A stretch of 64,000 bases of DNA from Candidatus Hydrogenedentota bacterium (GCA_963745075.1 CAVUWV010000020.1:96001-160000); one strand, 5' to 3'; shown: positions 32,664 through 42,809, counted from the stretch's first letter. A program made the numbers and translations. Notes: a model not told the origin generated them from the sequence alone.

Positions 32664-32774
32664 AAAATGCGTTCACGCGGCGACAATTCTATTAAAGACT
32701 TGTGAAATATAGACTTATCTCATCTCAGTATCGACTGATCCGCTCTTAGGAGATAATCCAACGCGCCGTGGAAG

Positions 32775-32810
32775 TGTAACAAAATATTACTCAATGTAAC
32801 AAGGTGTTTC
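32775..32810. promoter_or_regulatory. tandem enhancer-like sites (candidate activator UAS)
   Basis: TGTAACAAAATATTAC and TGTAACAAGGTGTTTC, 20 bp apart, about 110-150 bp upstream of the sigma-54 motif. Confidence 0.45.
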
Positions 32811-32811
32811 G

Positions 32812-34644
32812 CTACGGGCGGGTCGGAGCTTCAATAGCGTATTCTGCCATTTTGCGGTAGACCGTCGGACGACTTACACCGAGCATCTTGGCGGCCAGCG
32901 TAATATTGCCGCGAGATTTTTCCAGAACTTCCGTAATTCGCCGACGCTCCAAATCGGCCAACGACGGTTCGCCGGTGGGGTCGGGTTCACCTTTCCGGCC
33001 CACGGGCAGACGAAGGTCCTTTACCCGCACGCATGCTTCACTTGCCAAGAAACACGCCCGTTCCACACAATTGCGTAATTCGCGGACGTTCCCCGGCCAA
33101 TGCCAGTCCATCAGGGCCTTGGTGGCATCGGCATGGATGGAACGCACGGACGGCGTACGCCCAGCCTGGACGACGCTCAGGAAGTGTTCGGCCAGGATGG
33201 GAATATCTTCCGGCCGCTCCCGAAGCGGAGGCAACTCGACAACGAACCCGTTGATCCGATGATAGAGGTCTTCGCGAAATTGTCCGGCCTGCACGGACGA
33301 CGCGATGTTCTTGTTCGTCGCGGCGACGACCCGTACGTCGACTTTGATTTCGCGATTCCCTCCGACCCGGTAAAACGTGCCATTCTCTATTGCACGGAGG
33401 AGCCGCGCCTGATTTTCGAGACTCAGATCCCCGATTTCGTCCAGAAAAAGGGTGCCGCCGTCCGCCTCTTCCATTCGGCCGATTTTTCGGGACAGTGCGC
33501 CGGTGAACGCGCCCTTTTCGTATCCGAAGAACTCGCTTTCCATCAGATCGGGGGGGATGGCCGCACAGTTCACGACAACGAACGCTCGGCCGTTGCGATC
33601 GGATTGCTCGTGCAAAAGGCGGGCCGCCAACTCTTTGCCGGTTCCCGTTTCGCCCAGGATGAGTGCGGGCATTCCGGAACGTGCGGCTTCGCGCAGTTGG
33701 GCTTGGGCTTTCCGAATCTCGGGACTCTCACCCACAAGCGTCGTCGTGCCAATCGTGCCCGAACGCAACCGTTCATTTTCGTTCCGAAAGAACTCCACCT
33801 GCTCGATCATATGAAACAAGGGGGCCAATTGATGGGCCACCGCCCCAAGGTACGCCATGGCTTTATCATCACTGCGAAGCACACTTTCCAACGCACAAAG
33901 CGCGAGGACGCCAACTTTCTCCTTCCCCACGGTCATGGGTATGGCAAGGGCGGTGTACGCCGATAGCGCGCCGGTCAGCCGGACGGTCAGCAGATGCTGA
34001 TCGTGGAAGGCCTGCTCAAGCAACTCGTGAGGTGGATTAAGTTCCAGTGGTGCGTCATCGCCGAGCTGATTGTAGATGGAAAAGCCCCCGCCTCCGACGG
34101 ACCGGCAAAAACACAGGCAGCGGCATGGCAGTCTTGGCTCCAGTTCCTTTCGCACGGCGTCCAGGAGTTGCGCGATCGAAGCGGCGTTTCCGACATTGCG
34201 AAAAGTGTGGAACAGATCCACGTAGTCTTCAATGGTGTCCAACCCTTCAATCGGCGGGTTTGCAGCGATAAATCGTGGGGTATGAGGGACCCTATCGTCG
34301 GGTGAGTCGATGGTGTCAGGTTCCGGCACGTCCGGCGGCTCGACTTCCCGGCCCATGTCCGCCATGCTGACGACAAATATCGTGCTGCCAACCGCGACCT
34401 CGTCACCGGCATGAAGGGCCGACTCATCGATGGGGCGGCCATTCAGCAAAGTACGATTACTGCTGCCAAGATCTTTGACGAAGGGTTTCCCTTCCTCCAG
34501 ATAGATTACACAGTGTTGCCGTGATATCAGAGGATCGGGAATGGTGACGTCGCACCCCTGGCCGCGACCGAACATCAGTGGATGCTCGCCGATTCGCCAT
34601 GATACCCCGCGAATAGTGCCCAATCGCGCAGTAACCCAATACAC
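32812..34644 (-). CDS. FHA-GAF sigma-54 transcriptional activator
   Basis: FHA (FGR, ISRQH, DLGSSN), GAF-like middle, GETGTGKE, GAFTGA, WPGNVREL, HTH. Confidence 0.92.
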   Translation of the reverse strand: MYWVTARLGTIRGVSWRIGEHPLMFGRGQGCDVTIPDPLISRQHCVIYLEEGKPFVKDLGSSNRTLLNGRPIDESALHAGDEVAVGSTIFVVSMADMGREVEPPDVPEPDTIDSPDDRVPHTPRFIAANPPIEGLDTIEDYVDLFHTFRNVGNAASIAQLLDAVRKELEPRLPCRCLCFCRSVGGGGFSIYNQLGDDAPLELNPPHELLEQAFHDQHLLTVRLTGALSAYTALAIPMTVGKEKVGVLALCALESVLRSDDKAMAYLGAVAHQLAPLFHMIEQVEFFRNENERLRSGTIGTTTLVGESPEIRKAQAQLREAARSGMPALILGETGTGKELAARLLHEQSDRNGRAFVVVNCAAIPPDLMESEFFGYEKGAFTGALSRKIGRMEEADGGTLFLDEIGDLSLENQARLLRAIENGTFYRVGGNREIKVDVRVVAATNKNIASSVQAGQFREDLYHRINGFVVELPPLRERPEDIPILAEHFLSVVQAGRTPSVRSIHADATKALMDWHWPGNVRELRNCVERACFLASEACVRVKDLRLPVGRKGEPDPTGEPSLADLERRRITEVLEKSRGNITLAAKMLGVSRPTVYRKMAEYAIEAPTRP

Positions 34645-34805
34645 ACCGACCTCCTCACAGCTTGCCCCAGCCTGCGCGCCAATCGCTCATCGTAACCCTT
34701 ATGATACATGTACTTACCGATAGTGTCCAGATGCGGCCATGGTTTGACTTCGGAAGCAGGAATTTGCTACGCTACGCGCTAATCCTTTTCGGAGGTTTCC
34801 CGGTG

Positions 34806-35393
34806 GTGAATGGTATGCAGATTCCGCTGTCGGCTGTTGCCGAAGACGGGATATCCGTCGACGTGGAGACTTCCGAGGCCGAGTTGCGGCCTGCGGGTGC
34901 CTCTGAACTGCTGACGGGTCCTCTCCACCTTACGGGCACCGTGAGCGGAGACGGTGACGAGTTTATCTTTCACGGACGTTTGGCGGGGACCTATCTTGGT
35001 CGATGCGACCGGTGTCTGGGCCCTGCGGAACTGCCGTTCTCGACGGATGTCTTGTGGGTATTTGCGGAAGGCACGCCCCCGCATCCTCTTGAGGATGATG
35101 TGGATGACGAGGGTGACGGCGACGGAGCGGAAGACGGAGTGATTCATACCTTCTTTGAAGGAAATGTGCTCGACCTGTCGACCGCTGCGTGGGAAGAACT
35201 TGTCCTGGGGACACCCCTCAAGCTCTTGTGTAGCGAGGATTGCGCCGGCCTTTGCCCGGTGTGTGGAACGAATTTGAATGACGCCCAATGCAACTGCGCA
35301 GCGGGCGTGAGTGATACAACATTAGCAAACAAGGGGCTGAAGGGTCTTAAGGACATCTTCCCCGACCTCAACCCCGATCGATTGGAGGATTGA
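34806..35393 (+). CDS. yceD: DUF177/YceD family protein
   Basis: CDRC...LCSEDCAGLCPVCG.NLN..CNC; upstream of rpmF; GGAGG at 34791. Confidence 0.88.
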   Translation: MNGMQIPLSAVAEDGISVDVETSEAELRPAGASELLTGPLHLTGTVSGDGDEFIFHGRLAGTYLGRCDRCLGPAELPFSTDVLWVFAEGTPPHPLEDDVDDEGDGDGAEDGVIHTFFEGNVLDLSTAAWEELVLGTPLKLLCSEDCAGLCPVCGTNLNDAQCNCAAGVSDTTLANKGLKGLKDIFPDLNPDRLED

Positions 35394-35395
35394 CC

Positions 35396-35578
35396 GTGCC
35401 GGTACCAAAGAGAAGAACCGGAAAGACCCGGAAAAACACTCGCCGCTCTCACCACGCGCTGAGCAAGCGCGTGTTCTCTGAATGCCCGAGTTGTGGAGAG
35501 CGCATCATGCCGCATCGCGTCTGTCCGAAATGCGGTCATTACAAAGATCGTCTCGTCGTCAACACGGAAGGCAGTTAA
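35396..35578 (+). CDS. rpmF: 50S ribosomal protein L32
   Basis: PVPKRRT..RRSH..CPSCGE..PHRVCPKCGHY. Confidence 0.95.
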   Translation: MPVPKRRTGKTRKNTRRSHHALSKRVFSECPSCGERIMPHRVCPKCGHYKDRLVVNTEGS

Positions 35579-35604
35579 ACCCCAAGGGTTGGCGGGAGCC
35601 TGCC

Positions 35605-36660
35605 ATGCGAATCGCTATCGATGCCATGGGTGCGGATACCGCGCCGGATCCCGAGATCGAGGGCGCCCTTACGGCGGATATTTCCAACGACGTGGAGTTG
35701 ATCCTGGTCGGCGACGAGTCTCGCCTGAAGGCCGCGCTCGGCAACCGCGCCAAGAGGCGTACGATCTCGATCGTCCACGCCTCGGAAATCATCACCATGG
35801 ATGACGCCCCGATGCTGGCCGTCCGCAAAAAGAAGGATGCGTCCCTGCTGGTTGCCATGCGACTGGTCAAACAGGGCGTCGCGGATGCCTTCTTGAGTGC
35901 GGGCAATACGGGCGCCGTCATGCTGGCCGCGCGAACCATTCTCCATCCCATCCAGGGGGTGGCGCGCTCCGCGATCTGCCAGCTCCTGCCTACGATGAAG
36001 GGCACGTGCCTGGTTCTGGATCTGGGCGCCAACGTCGATTGCAACGCCAAGCAGCTCTGCGATTTCGCTGAAATGGGCGTCGTCTATTCACGCGAAGTGC
36101 TCGGGAAAGCGAACCCGCGCGTCGGACTTCTCAACATTGGCGAAGAGCAGGCCAAAGGCAACGATCTCGCCAAAACGGTACATCGCAACCTTTCCGCAGC
36201 TCCCCACGTGAATTTCATCGGCAACGTGGAACCCAAGGGCATGTATGCGGGAATCGCGGACGTGGTGGTATGCGACGGATTCGTGGGCAACGTAGTCCTG
36301 AAAACCAGCGAAGGCGCCGGGGCGCTGATACGCAACCTGTTAGCGAAGGAATTGCGCTCGAGTTGGGTCAGCATGCTGGGCGCGCTTCTAAGCCGCGGTG
36401 CCTACAAGCGGCTCAAACGTACGGTGGATCCGAATGAATACGGCGGTGCGCCGTTGTTGGGTGTTAATGGCGTGGTGATCATCATGCACGGCGCCACTTC
36501 GGGGCAAGGGGTCGCCCACGCCCTCGAACTCGCCTGCGCCGCGGTCAAACACGAAATCAACAAGCATATTGAAGAAGGCATCGCGCAATTGCGCGCAACG
36601 GTGGCCGATCTCGAATCGGATATCCATCCCGTTACGCAGGAAGTGAACGCGCACAAGTAG
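35605..36660 (+). CDS. plsX: phosphate acyltransferase
   Basis: IAIDAMG, SAGNTGA, LDLGAN, LLNIGEE, DGFVGN, GGAPLLG. Confidence 0.95.
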   Translation: MRIAIDAMGADTAPDPEIEGALTADISNDVELILVGDESRLKAALGNRAKRRTISIVHASEIITMDDAPMLAVRKKKDASLLVAMRLVKQGVADAFLSAGNTGAVMLAARTILHPIQGVARSAICQLLPTMKGTCLVLDLGANVDCNAKQLCDFAEMGVVYSREVLGKANPRVGLLNIGEEQAKGNDLAKTVHRNLSAAPHVNFIGNVEPKGMYAGIADVVVCDGFVGNVVLKTSEGAGALIRNLLAKELRSSWVSMLGALLSRGAYKRLKRTVDPNEYGGAPLLGVNGVVIIMHGATSGQGVAHALELACAAVKHEINKHIEEGIAQLRATVADLESDIHPVTQEVNAHK

Positions 36661-36787
36661 GGTACTTGCCGTGTCGAGGGAAAGCCGCTGAACCGGTGTC
36701 CACCGGCGTACGCGGCGTTAGTCAGAGGTCACGCCAAATCCTCCCTGGAATTGGCCAACATCACCATAACCGGAAGGATCGATCCCA

Positions 36788-37534
36788 TTGAGTGAGTTCA
36801 CGGACAAGACCGTCCTCATAACCGGAGGAACGCGCGGCATCGGACGCGCCTGCGCGCTCACGTTCGCCCGCGAAGGCGCCGCCGTGGCCGTGTGCGGGCG
36901 CACCGCGGCCACGGCGGAAGAGACTGCAAGAGCAATTGCAGCCGAGACCGGCGGCCAAGTCGCGGGATATGAAACCGACATCGGCAACGCGGAGGCCGTG
37001 GACGAGTTGGTCAAGAAGGTTGCGGAGCGCTTCGGACCGGTGTACGTCCTGGTCAACAACGCGGGGATCACGCGCGACGGTCTACTCATGCGTATGAAGC
37101 CGGCGGACTGGTCCACCGTTCTCGACACGAATTTGACGGGGGCTTTCAATTGCTGCCGTGCGGTCGCACGCGGCATGGTCAAGCAACGTCAGGGCCGCAT
37201 CGTTAACATCTCCTCGATCATCGGCATTCGTGGGCAAGGCGGCCAGACCAACTACGCCGCAGCCAAGGCCGGCCTCATCGGATTCAGCAAGTCTCTCGCC
37301 CAGGAATTGGCGTCGAGAAATATCACCGTCAACGTCGTCGCGCCGGGCTATATCGAAACCGACATGACCGCGGTCTTGGGGGAAGATGTGAAGAAAATGT
37401 TGCTCGAGAAGATCCCCTTGCGCCGTCAAGGCACGGGCGACGACATCGCAGCCGCCGTTCGGTACTTAGCAAGCGATGGCGCTTCCTATGTGACCGGCGC
37501 CGTGCTCCAGGTGGACGGCGGGCTTGCCATGTAG
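36788..37534 (+). CDS. fabG: 3-oxoacyl-ACP reductase
   Basis: TGGTRGIG, NNAGITRD, NYAAAK, APGYIETDMT, VDGG. Confidence 0.93.
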   Translation: MSEFTDKTVLITGGTRGIGRACALTFAREGAAVAVCGRTAATAEETARAIAAETGGQVAGYETDIGNAEAVDELVKKVAERFGPVYVLVNNAGITRDGLLMRMKPADWSTVLDTNLTGAFNCCRAVARGMVKQRQGRIVNISSIIGIRGQGGQTNYAAAKAGLIGFSKSLAQELASRNITVNVVAPGYIETDMTAVLGEDVKKMLLEKIPLRRQGTGDDIAAAVRYLASDGASYVTGAVLQVDGGLAM

Positions 37535-37683
37535 CGGGACGCGGGGGCACGTTCATCCCGCGAACCTTCCGCGACTTCGTCTAATTCGTGATTCCCAATA
37601 CGCAATCAGGAACAATCGTCCGGTCGAGTACGAAGCACGGTTGAGAGGACGCGGAAAGCGTAAAAACTCGGGCGAGGCACCGA

Positions 37684-39606
37684 TCACAGGTCTGCAGTTG
37701 ATATGCCGTAGACATGCACCGCGTGGTACGCGTCGTGCACAAAGAGGGCCTCTCGCAGGGCGCCTTCTCGGGTAAACCCGACGGCTTCGAGAAAACCTTG
37801 AAGATCGCCTTCGTAATCGGCAGCGGGGACGGTCACCCGCCGAATCGATTGTTGGCCACCAGCTTCTTTCAGGATGGCTTTGAACCCTTTGCGGACGTCG
37901 TCAGCGTTGTAGTCTGCGGGATCGTGCATGTAGAGCCAGGCTTGGGCGGCGCCGGGTTCGCGTTCCGGCCGGAGCTTGATGAGACCAAAGGACTCGCCGG
38001 TTCGTTTGACGAGGATCATCTCCTGTTCGATGCCGCTGGGATGCAGTGCATCCATTTCACGATCGTACTTCGTTGTGACCATCACGCCCTTCTCATTGAA
38101 GAGAAAATAAGCCGCTGTGTTCCAATTCTCCCACGTCATCAGCATTTCCGCGTCGGTTTCTTCGATCGGCCGCATGCCGATGGTCAACCGGAATGCCGCG
38201 CGTACCATGGTGAACAAAGATGGTTTGGCCGTACGGGTCAGCGTGTTGTAGACCCGCGTGAAATTCACCCCCTGGGAGGAGAGCAGGTTGAAAGCCGATA
38301 CCGCGGACGCCATCCAGGCGCGCTGGGCTTCACACCACGGCTCATGCGGCTTGCGATGCGAGCCACTCAGGGTCAGGTGAACGGCGGCATTGCCGCCACC
38401 GCATAAGTTGCGTGCCCAGCAGCGCCGGCACACGCCGGTTGTCGCGGAACCCACCTCGTCGAAACGCGCACGCACGTCTTCATTGATGGAGCCATCTTCC
38501 AGGTTCCCCAAGCGGAACTCTTCTCTGCCAAAAAAGCGGCGGCTGGGGTAGATCGCGCCGGACGCATCGATGGCCAATTCATTCGTGCCCGCAGGATCGG
38601 TCCGGCGCGACGGCGATCCGTCATAGATGCGATAAAAGAGCGGCGCGATCGGGTCCAACCGAAAGTACCGCTGCTGCAAAAGCCCGTTGGCGTAGTAGAC
38701 CGCAGTTTCGCGCAATGCACCCAGCATGGCCGCGGGATCCAGTTCGGGATTGGCCACGTAGGCGCCGTCCAAATCCAATTCAACCGTCGCAAACCCGGCG
38801 GCGTCGAGTTCTTTTACCACGTTGTCAAAGGCGGGATGATTCGGGCGCACAATGATACGGCCGGTCACGCCGGGAGCATCGGGATGAAGTATTTTGGCGA
38901 GCCGGGCCAGAGTTTCACCACGGGCACGAGCCAACGCTTTCAGATGGGTCAAAATGTCCGCGGCGTCGCTGAACTCCAACTGAGCATCGATGGTGTGTCC
39001 CTCGAACGCGGGGGACAACTTACTGACTTCGAGTCCCAGAACCCGCACCATTGCCGTGGTTTTCTTCGCGGCCATACGGCCGCATTTCATCGCATGTGCG
39101 CACAGGTCAGCTAGCAAGTCCGGATTGTAAACGGCGCCTTCTTCGAGGAACTCTATGGACACGTCCGCTTGGTCGCCCGCACGGCCAAAAAGCAGGGCAA
39201 TGGCGTCACGGCCGACGTCCCGCGCGGAATGTGAACGCACGGTTGCGCCCTGCCCGAACCAGCCCTTCTTCTTTTCGACTGTTTCTTCCGTTTCGCGGGA
39301 GAGCTGCACGGAGACGCGTCTGATCCCCCGCTCCTGCTGGATTTCCTTTTGCAGTTCCTCTTTCTTGCGCGGCGGTAGAATGGCCCGTGTAGCCCGAAGC
39401 CACTCGAGTTCGCCGACGACCTCCTCGAGTTCTTTCACGTCGTGCTTATCGCCGAGAAGGTGGTAGATTCGGTTCACGGAATCATAGGGGTAGTGCTCGA
39501 GCACGTCCCACGAGATTTCATCGCATTCGAAACAGAAGCACGTTTCCGGGTCGATGGCGAATCGGCGGTCGTTCTCGATAAATCGATGTAGCGCTTCCCG
39601 TGCCAT
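37684..39606 (-). CDS. RRE + degenerate (pseudo) radical SAM + SPASM + C-terminal GNAT fusion (640 aa)
   Basis: ATG 39606 overlaps the permease TGA. N-terminus resembles the RRE of SCIFF maturases; no CxxxCxxC; SPASM-like G.IYPS...CRRCWARNLCGGGN...WC; C-terminal RimJ-like GNAT (MRPIEETD...GFTREGALRE). Confidence 0.8.
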   Translation of the reverse strand: MAREALHRFIENDRRFAIDPETCFCFECDEISWDVLEHYPYDSVNRIYHLLGDKHDVKELEEVVGELEWLRATRAILPPRKKEELQKEIQQERGIRRVSVQLSRETEETVEKKKGWFGQGATVRSHSARDVGRDAIALLFGRAGDQADVSIEFLEEGAVYNPDLLADLCAHAMKCGRMAAKKTTAMVRVLGLEVSKLSPAFEGHTIDAQLEFSDAADILTHLKALARARGETLARLAKILHPDAPGVTGRIIVRPNHPAFDNVVKELDAAGFATVELDLDGAYVANPELDPAAMLGALRETAVYYANGLLQQRYFRLDPIAPLFYRIYDGSPSRRTDPAGTNELAIDASGAIYPSRRFFGREEFRLGNLEDGSINEDVRARFDEVGSATTGVCRRCWARNLCGGGNAAVHLTLSGSHRKPHEPWCEAQRAWMASAVSAFNLLSSQGVNFTRVYNTLTRTAKPSLFTMVRAAFRLTIGMRPIEETDAEMLMTWENWNTAAYFLFNEKGVMVTTKYDREMDALHPSGIEQEMILVKRTGESFGLIKLRPEREPGAAQAWLYMHDPADYNADDVRKGFKAILKEAGGQQSIRRVTVPAADYEGDLQGFLEAVGFTREGALREALFVHDAYHAVHVYGISTADL

Positions 39607-40409
39607 CAATACGCTCCCAACGTGCCCTTGTCGCGGCTCCAGTTCTCCATATACTTGAAGCAAAAGATTCCGAGCGTAGTCCAGAGCACTACGTTTACAA
39701 GAAGAAAGAAGAATGACGGGTGGGCGAATACTCGTACCCCCAACCCTTCAATGAGAACCAGTTTCAGGCAAATGGACGCGTCGGTTATCGGGATGATATG
39801 CGCAACGCCCATAATGACGGCCGGAAAATCGTACCAGCCCGGGTTGGCGGCAAATGCGATTGCGATCATGCCCATCCGGATAAGCATCGTCGCCTGGCCG
39901 ATCTGCTTGAAGACCAGGGTCAGCCCCCCCACCATGAATCCGAACCCAATTAGATTCAGGTACGTCAACAGGAGAAGGATGAAAACGGGAATCGGATCCG
40001 CGTGGAGGTCGCTGTTCAAGGTCATCGAGACAAAGACGAGCATGATCGTCCACGTCACGATGCTCACGATCGAATTGACAAAAGAACGCGCCAGAAAATT
40101 CGTAATCAACCCGTGCGGGCTCATACAGACCTGTTCCAGCTCGCCCGTTCGCGCCATGCCCTGCAACCCTTGGCTGAACATGCCGACGACGCCAAAGGCG
40201 AAGATTCCGACGACGAACCCGAGGGCTTTCTCGGTTTGGTCCGTTGCCCACTGCGCGTCCACGGTACCGGAACGAAACCCGAAGATCAGGCCGATGAGCA
40301 TGCCGTACCCCACGGTCATCCCCATCAACGTGGCGAACCAGTACCGCCGCATGATGATGAATGCGCGGACCAACTCCGCCTTCATTACAAGAAAAAATCC
40401 CATACTCAC
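39606..40409 (-). CDS. ABC-2 type exporter permease
   Basis: Six TM segments, RTGELEQV..SP motif, C-terminal RDKGTLGAY. Confidence 0.85.
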   Translation of the reverse strand: MSMGFFLVMKAELVRAFIIMRRYWFATLMGMTVGYGMLIGLIFGFRSGTVDAQWATDQTEKALGFVVGIFAFGVVGMFSQGLQGMARTGELEQVCMSPHGLITNFLARSFVNSIVSIVTWTIMLVFVSMTLNSDLHADPIPVFILLLLTYLNLIGFGFMVGGLTLVFKQIGQATMLIRMGMIAIAFAANPGWYDFPAVIMGVAHIIPITDASICLKLVLIEGLGVRVFAHPSFFFLLVNVVLWTTLGIFCFKYMENWSRDKGTLGAY

Positions 40410-41446
40410 TTCCTGTCGCCGCGGTGTTCGGACTGCGACGCGGTCAGTTGGAGAAAAACCCCTTCCAGATTCTGGTAACGCTGGGTAACGGTGCGCAGCA
40501 GAATGCCCTGGGACTGCAAATGCCCAAGGGTCGCATACAAGGCGGACGAACGCTCCGCTTCGTCGGGCGAGGTCTGGAGAACAATGCCCGGCCCTCCGTC
40601 GGAATTGACCGGTTCCACTCCCATCACGCCTTGAAATCCTCGAATCGGCTCAAGGTCCGGCATACGATCGAGGCGCAATTCAAATCGCTGGTCCGAGAAC
40701 ACGTCCAGGAGTTCCTCCGTCGGCTTGCAGGCGACCAGCGCACCATCTTTAATGATGCCGATCCGGTCGCACAATTCCTGGGCGGTGCCCATGTCGTGGG
40801 TCGTTACCAGCACACATTTTCCCTGTTCCCGGGTCATCTCGATTACTTTGTCCTTGATGGCGCGGCTGCTCTGCACATCGAGGCCGGTGGTCGGTTCATC
40901 CAACAGCAGGACCGGCGGATCGGTGATGAGCGCAATGCAGATGGCCAGTTTTTGCTTCTGGCCGCGGGAAAGACGCCGCACCTGGATATCCTTCTTGTCG
41001 GTCAATCCGATGAAATCGAGTAAGCGATGCGAGCGTTCCTTGAGGACCTTGCCTTTCACATCGCGTAAATTCCCGAAATAAGCCAGGTTCTCCAGCGGCG
41101 TCAAGGGCCAGATGCACGTCCGCGTTCCTTCCAGCACGACCCCGATGCGGCGCAGCACCTGCAAGCGCTTCTTCTCCACGGGCAGATCGTCGACCAACAC
41201 CTCCCCGCCGCAGGGCCTCACCAGGCCGGAAACCATCTTGACCGTGGTGGTCTTACCGGCGCCATTGCGGCCGAGCAGGCCAAAGATCTCACCGGGACAC
41301 ACGCCGAACGAGACACGATCTACCGCGTGGACGGTTTTCTTGTGATAGATGGGACGGCGGCCCGTATCGTCATCCTTCGTGAAGAAGTGCCGCGTATGGA
41401 ACGTCTTGTCGACGTCGCGAAGTTCTACTAAATACCGCGTGCTCAT
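40406..41446 (-). CDS. ABC exporter ATP-binding protein
   Basis: GRNGAGKTT, LSRGQKQK, LLLDEPT, TTHD, C-terminal LEGVFL. Confidence 0.93.
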   Translation of the reverse strand: MSTRYLVELRDVDKTFHTRHFFTKDDDTGRRPIYHKKTVHAVDRVSFGVCPGEIFGLLGRNGAGKTTTVKMVSGLVRPCGGEVLVDDLPVEKKRLQVLRRIGVVLEGTRTCIWPLTPLENLAYFGNLRDVKGKVLKERSHRLLDFIGLTDKKDIQVRRLSRGQKQKLAICIALITDPPVLLLDEPTTGLDVQSSRAIKDKVIEMTREQGKCVLVTTHDMGTAQELCDRIGIIKDGALVACKPTEELLDVFSDQRFELRLDRMPDLEPIRGFQGVMGVEPVNSDGGPGIVLQTSPDEAERSSALYATLGHLQSQGILLRTVTQRYQNLEGVFLQLTASQSEHRGDRK

Positions 41447-42180
41447 ACGTTCTCCGGCCGTCCGGGCATGTAGGTCTGCTCGATGGCTTTGGCCGCCTGT
41501 TCTTCGTCGCCCAGTTCTTCAATCTTGATGAGGTACTCGAGATAGGCGATCTCGATATCGCGCAACGCGTGAATGACCACGACGAGGATGAAGCTGCCGG
41601 TCCAGTAGTAGAGGAACCCGATAACCAGCGCGAAGGCCACGAATTCCAGCGAAATGTGCCACGTGTTTTCAAAAAAATGCTTGTGAACCACAACAAAAGC
41701 TGCGGCCACCAGGAGAATTCCTGCAAAGGCGGCGGCGGCACCGGACATCCACTGGGCCATGAATGCGATGACGAGCGTCTGGGCGGCGACGCGCCAAATC
41801 AGTTCTTCTGCCACGGCCACGCCCAGGAATCGCGTCAACACGACCGGGCTGTCCATGGTGAAATTCCATATCGGCCCGAAGTCAAAGAAGTGGGTCAACG
41901 CATCTCGCCAAGACAGGTGCGTGGCCAGCAGCGACAACCCGAAAATGAGATGTCCTGCCACCAAACCGATTGCGATGTATACGGGAGAAACCAACTGGCG
42001 CGAAAACACGCCCTGGTCCCACGCGATAAAGGTGGCCAGCCAGAACAAGGGACCTTGCATGAGCACATGGATCATGCGGACGCGTCCGCGGGGTTGTCCG
42101 TCTGCCTGGAAAGGATTCGTCGCCAGCGAGAACGCGACGTGGGCAACGAGAAACGCTATAAACACCCATTCGAGAATCAC
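41443..42180 (-). CDS. CPBP (type II CAAX/Abi) intramembrane protease
   Basis: EELIWR (EExxxR), FVVVH (FxxxH), HALRD (HxxxD/N); multiple TM helices. Confidence 0.85.
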   Translation of the reverse strand: MILEWVFIAFLVAHVAFSLATNPFQADGQPRGRVRMIHVLMQGPLFWLATFIAWDQGVFSRQLVSPVYIAIGLVAGHLIFGLSLLATHLSWRDALTHFFDFGPIWNFTMDSPVVLTRFLGVAVAEELIWRVAAQTLVIAFMAQWMSGAAAAFAGILLVAAAFVVVHKHFFENTWHISLEFVAFALVIGFLYYWTGSFILVVVIHALRDIEIAYLEYLIKIEELGDEEQAAKAIEQTYMPGRPENV

Positions 42181-42809
42181 GAGGCCACCTCGTCCGCGAT
42201 TGGCGTTTTCTCGAGTTCCTCGATCATGGTGGCGAGGTCGATGCCTTTGAACTTCTTCTGGAACATCTCGCGCAGTTCCTCGAACTCGCTACGCAACAGG
42301 CCGTACCCGTACAGGTCGTACATCTCACCGTCACGGGAAACGTGTTCCTTTAGTACCAACTCGCGCTTTGCGCCGGACAGCTCGAAGTTTCGCCACGACC
42401 GCGTATTGAAGCCGTAAATGTAGATATTGATCCGGTGCATGTTCAGTTCGTGAAAGCAGAATTCCAGCACCCGGTAGAATGCAATCGTTCCGAGAAAGCC
42501 ATTGCGGCGTTTTTCCGTCAGGTACGAGTCGATGTTGCACGAGCGGTTGCGCCAACTGATATTCACGACCGAAAACAGCCCCACCGGCCCCAACTTCCTG
42601 GAATCGGCCATGAAGTAAATGCCGCCGGGCATGCCGTGATTGGACGAGCGGCCGAGCATTCCGACGATCTGTTCCCGGATTTGCTTTGGGGAGCGCGCGG
42701 GATCGCCGTACAGGAACCGTTGAAATGCGGGGTCTTCCATCCAGGAAACCACCGTATCGAGATCGTCCCGGTCAGCGCGCCGGATATACACACTGGATTT
42801 AAGCGCCAT
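42177..42809 (-). CDS. GNAT acyltransferase, RimJ/RimL type (GNAT-3)
   Basis: ATG 42809 after GGAGG; ISWRNRSC, RRNGFLG, FHELNMHRI, N.RS, DLYGYGLLRSE. Confidence 0.85.
   Translation of the reverse strand: MALKSSVYIRRADRDDLDTVVSWMEDPAFQRFLYGDPARSPKQIREQIVGMLGRSSNHGMPGGIYFMADSRKLGPVGLFSVVNISWRNRSCNIDSYLTEKRRNGFLGTIAFYRVLEFCFHELNMHRINIYIYGFNTRSWRNFELSGAKRELVLKEHVSRDGEMYDLYGYGLLRSEFEELREMFQKKFKGIDLATMIEELEKTPIADEVAS

Noticed and set aside
36788..37534. fabG/plsX as members of the peptide cluster supplying acyl chains
   Set aside because: They are on the opposite strand within the standard rpmF-plsX housekeeping operon; adjacency alone is not evidence.
37684..39606. Active radical SAM thioether maturase (ranthipeptide/sactipeptide)
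   Set aside because: CxxxCxxC and GGE motifs are absent and both candidate peptides lack Cys. The CFCFEC stretch lies in the RRE region and does not have rSAM spacing.
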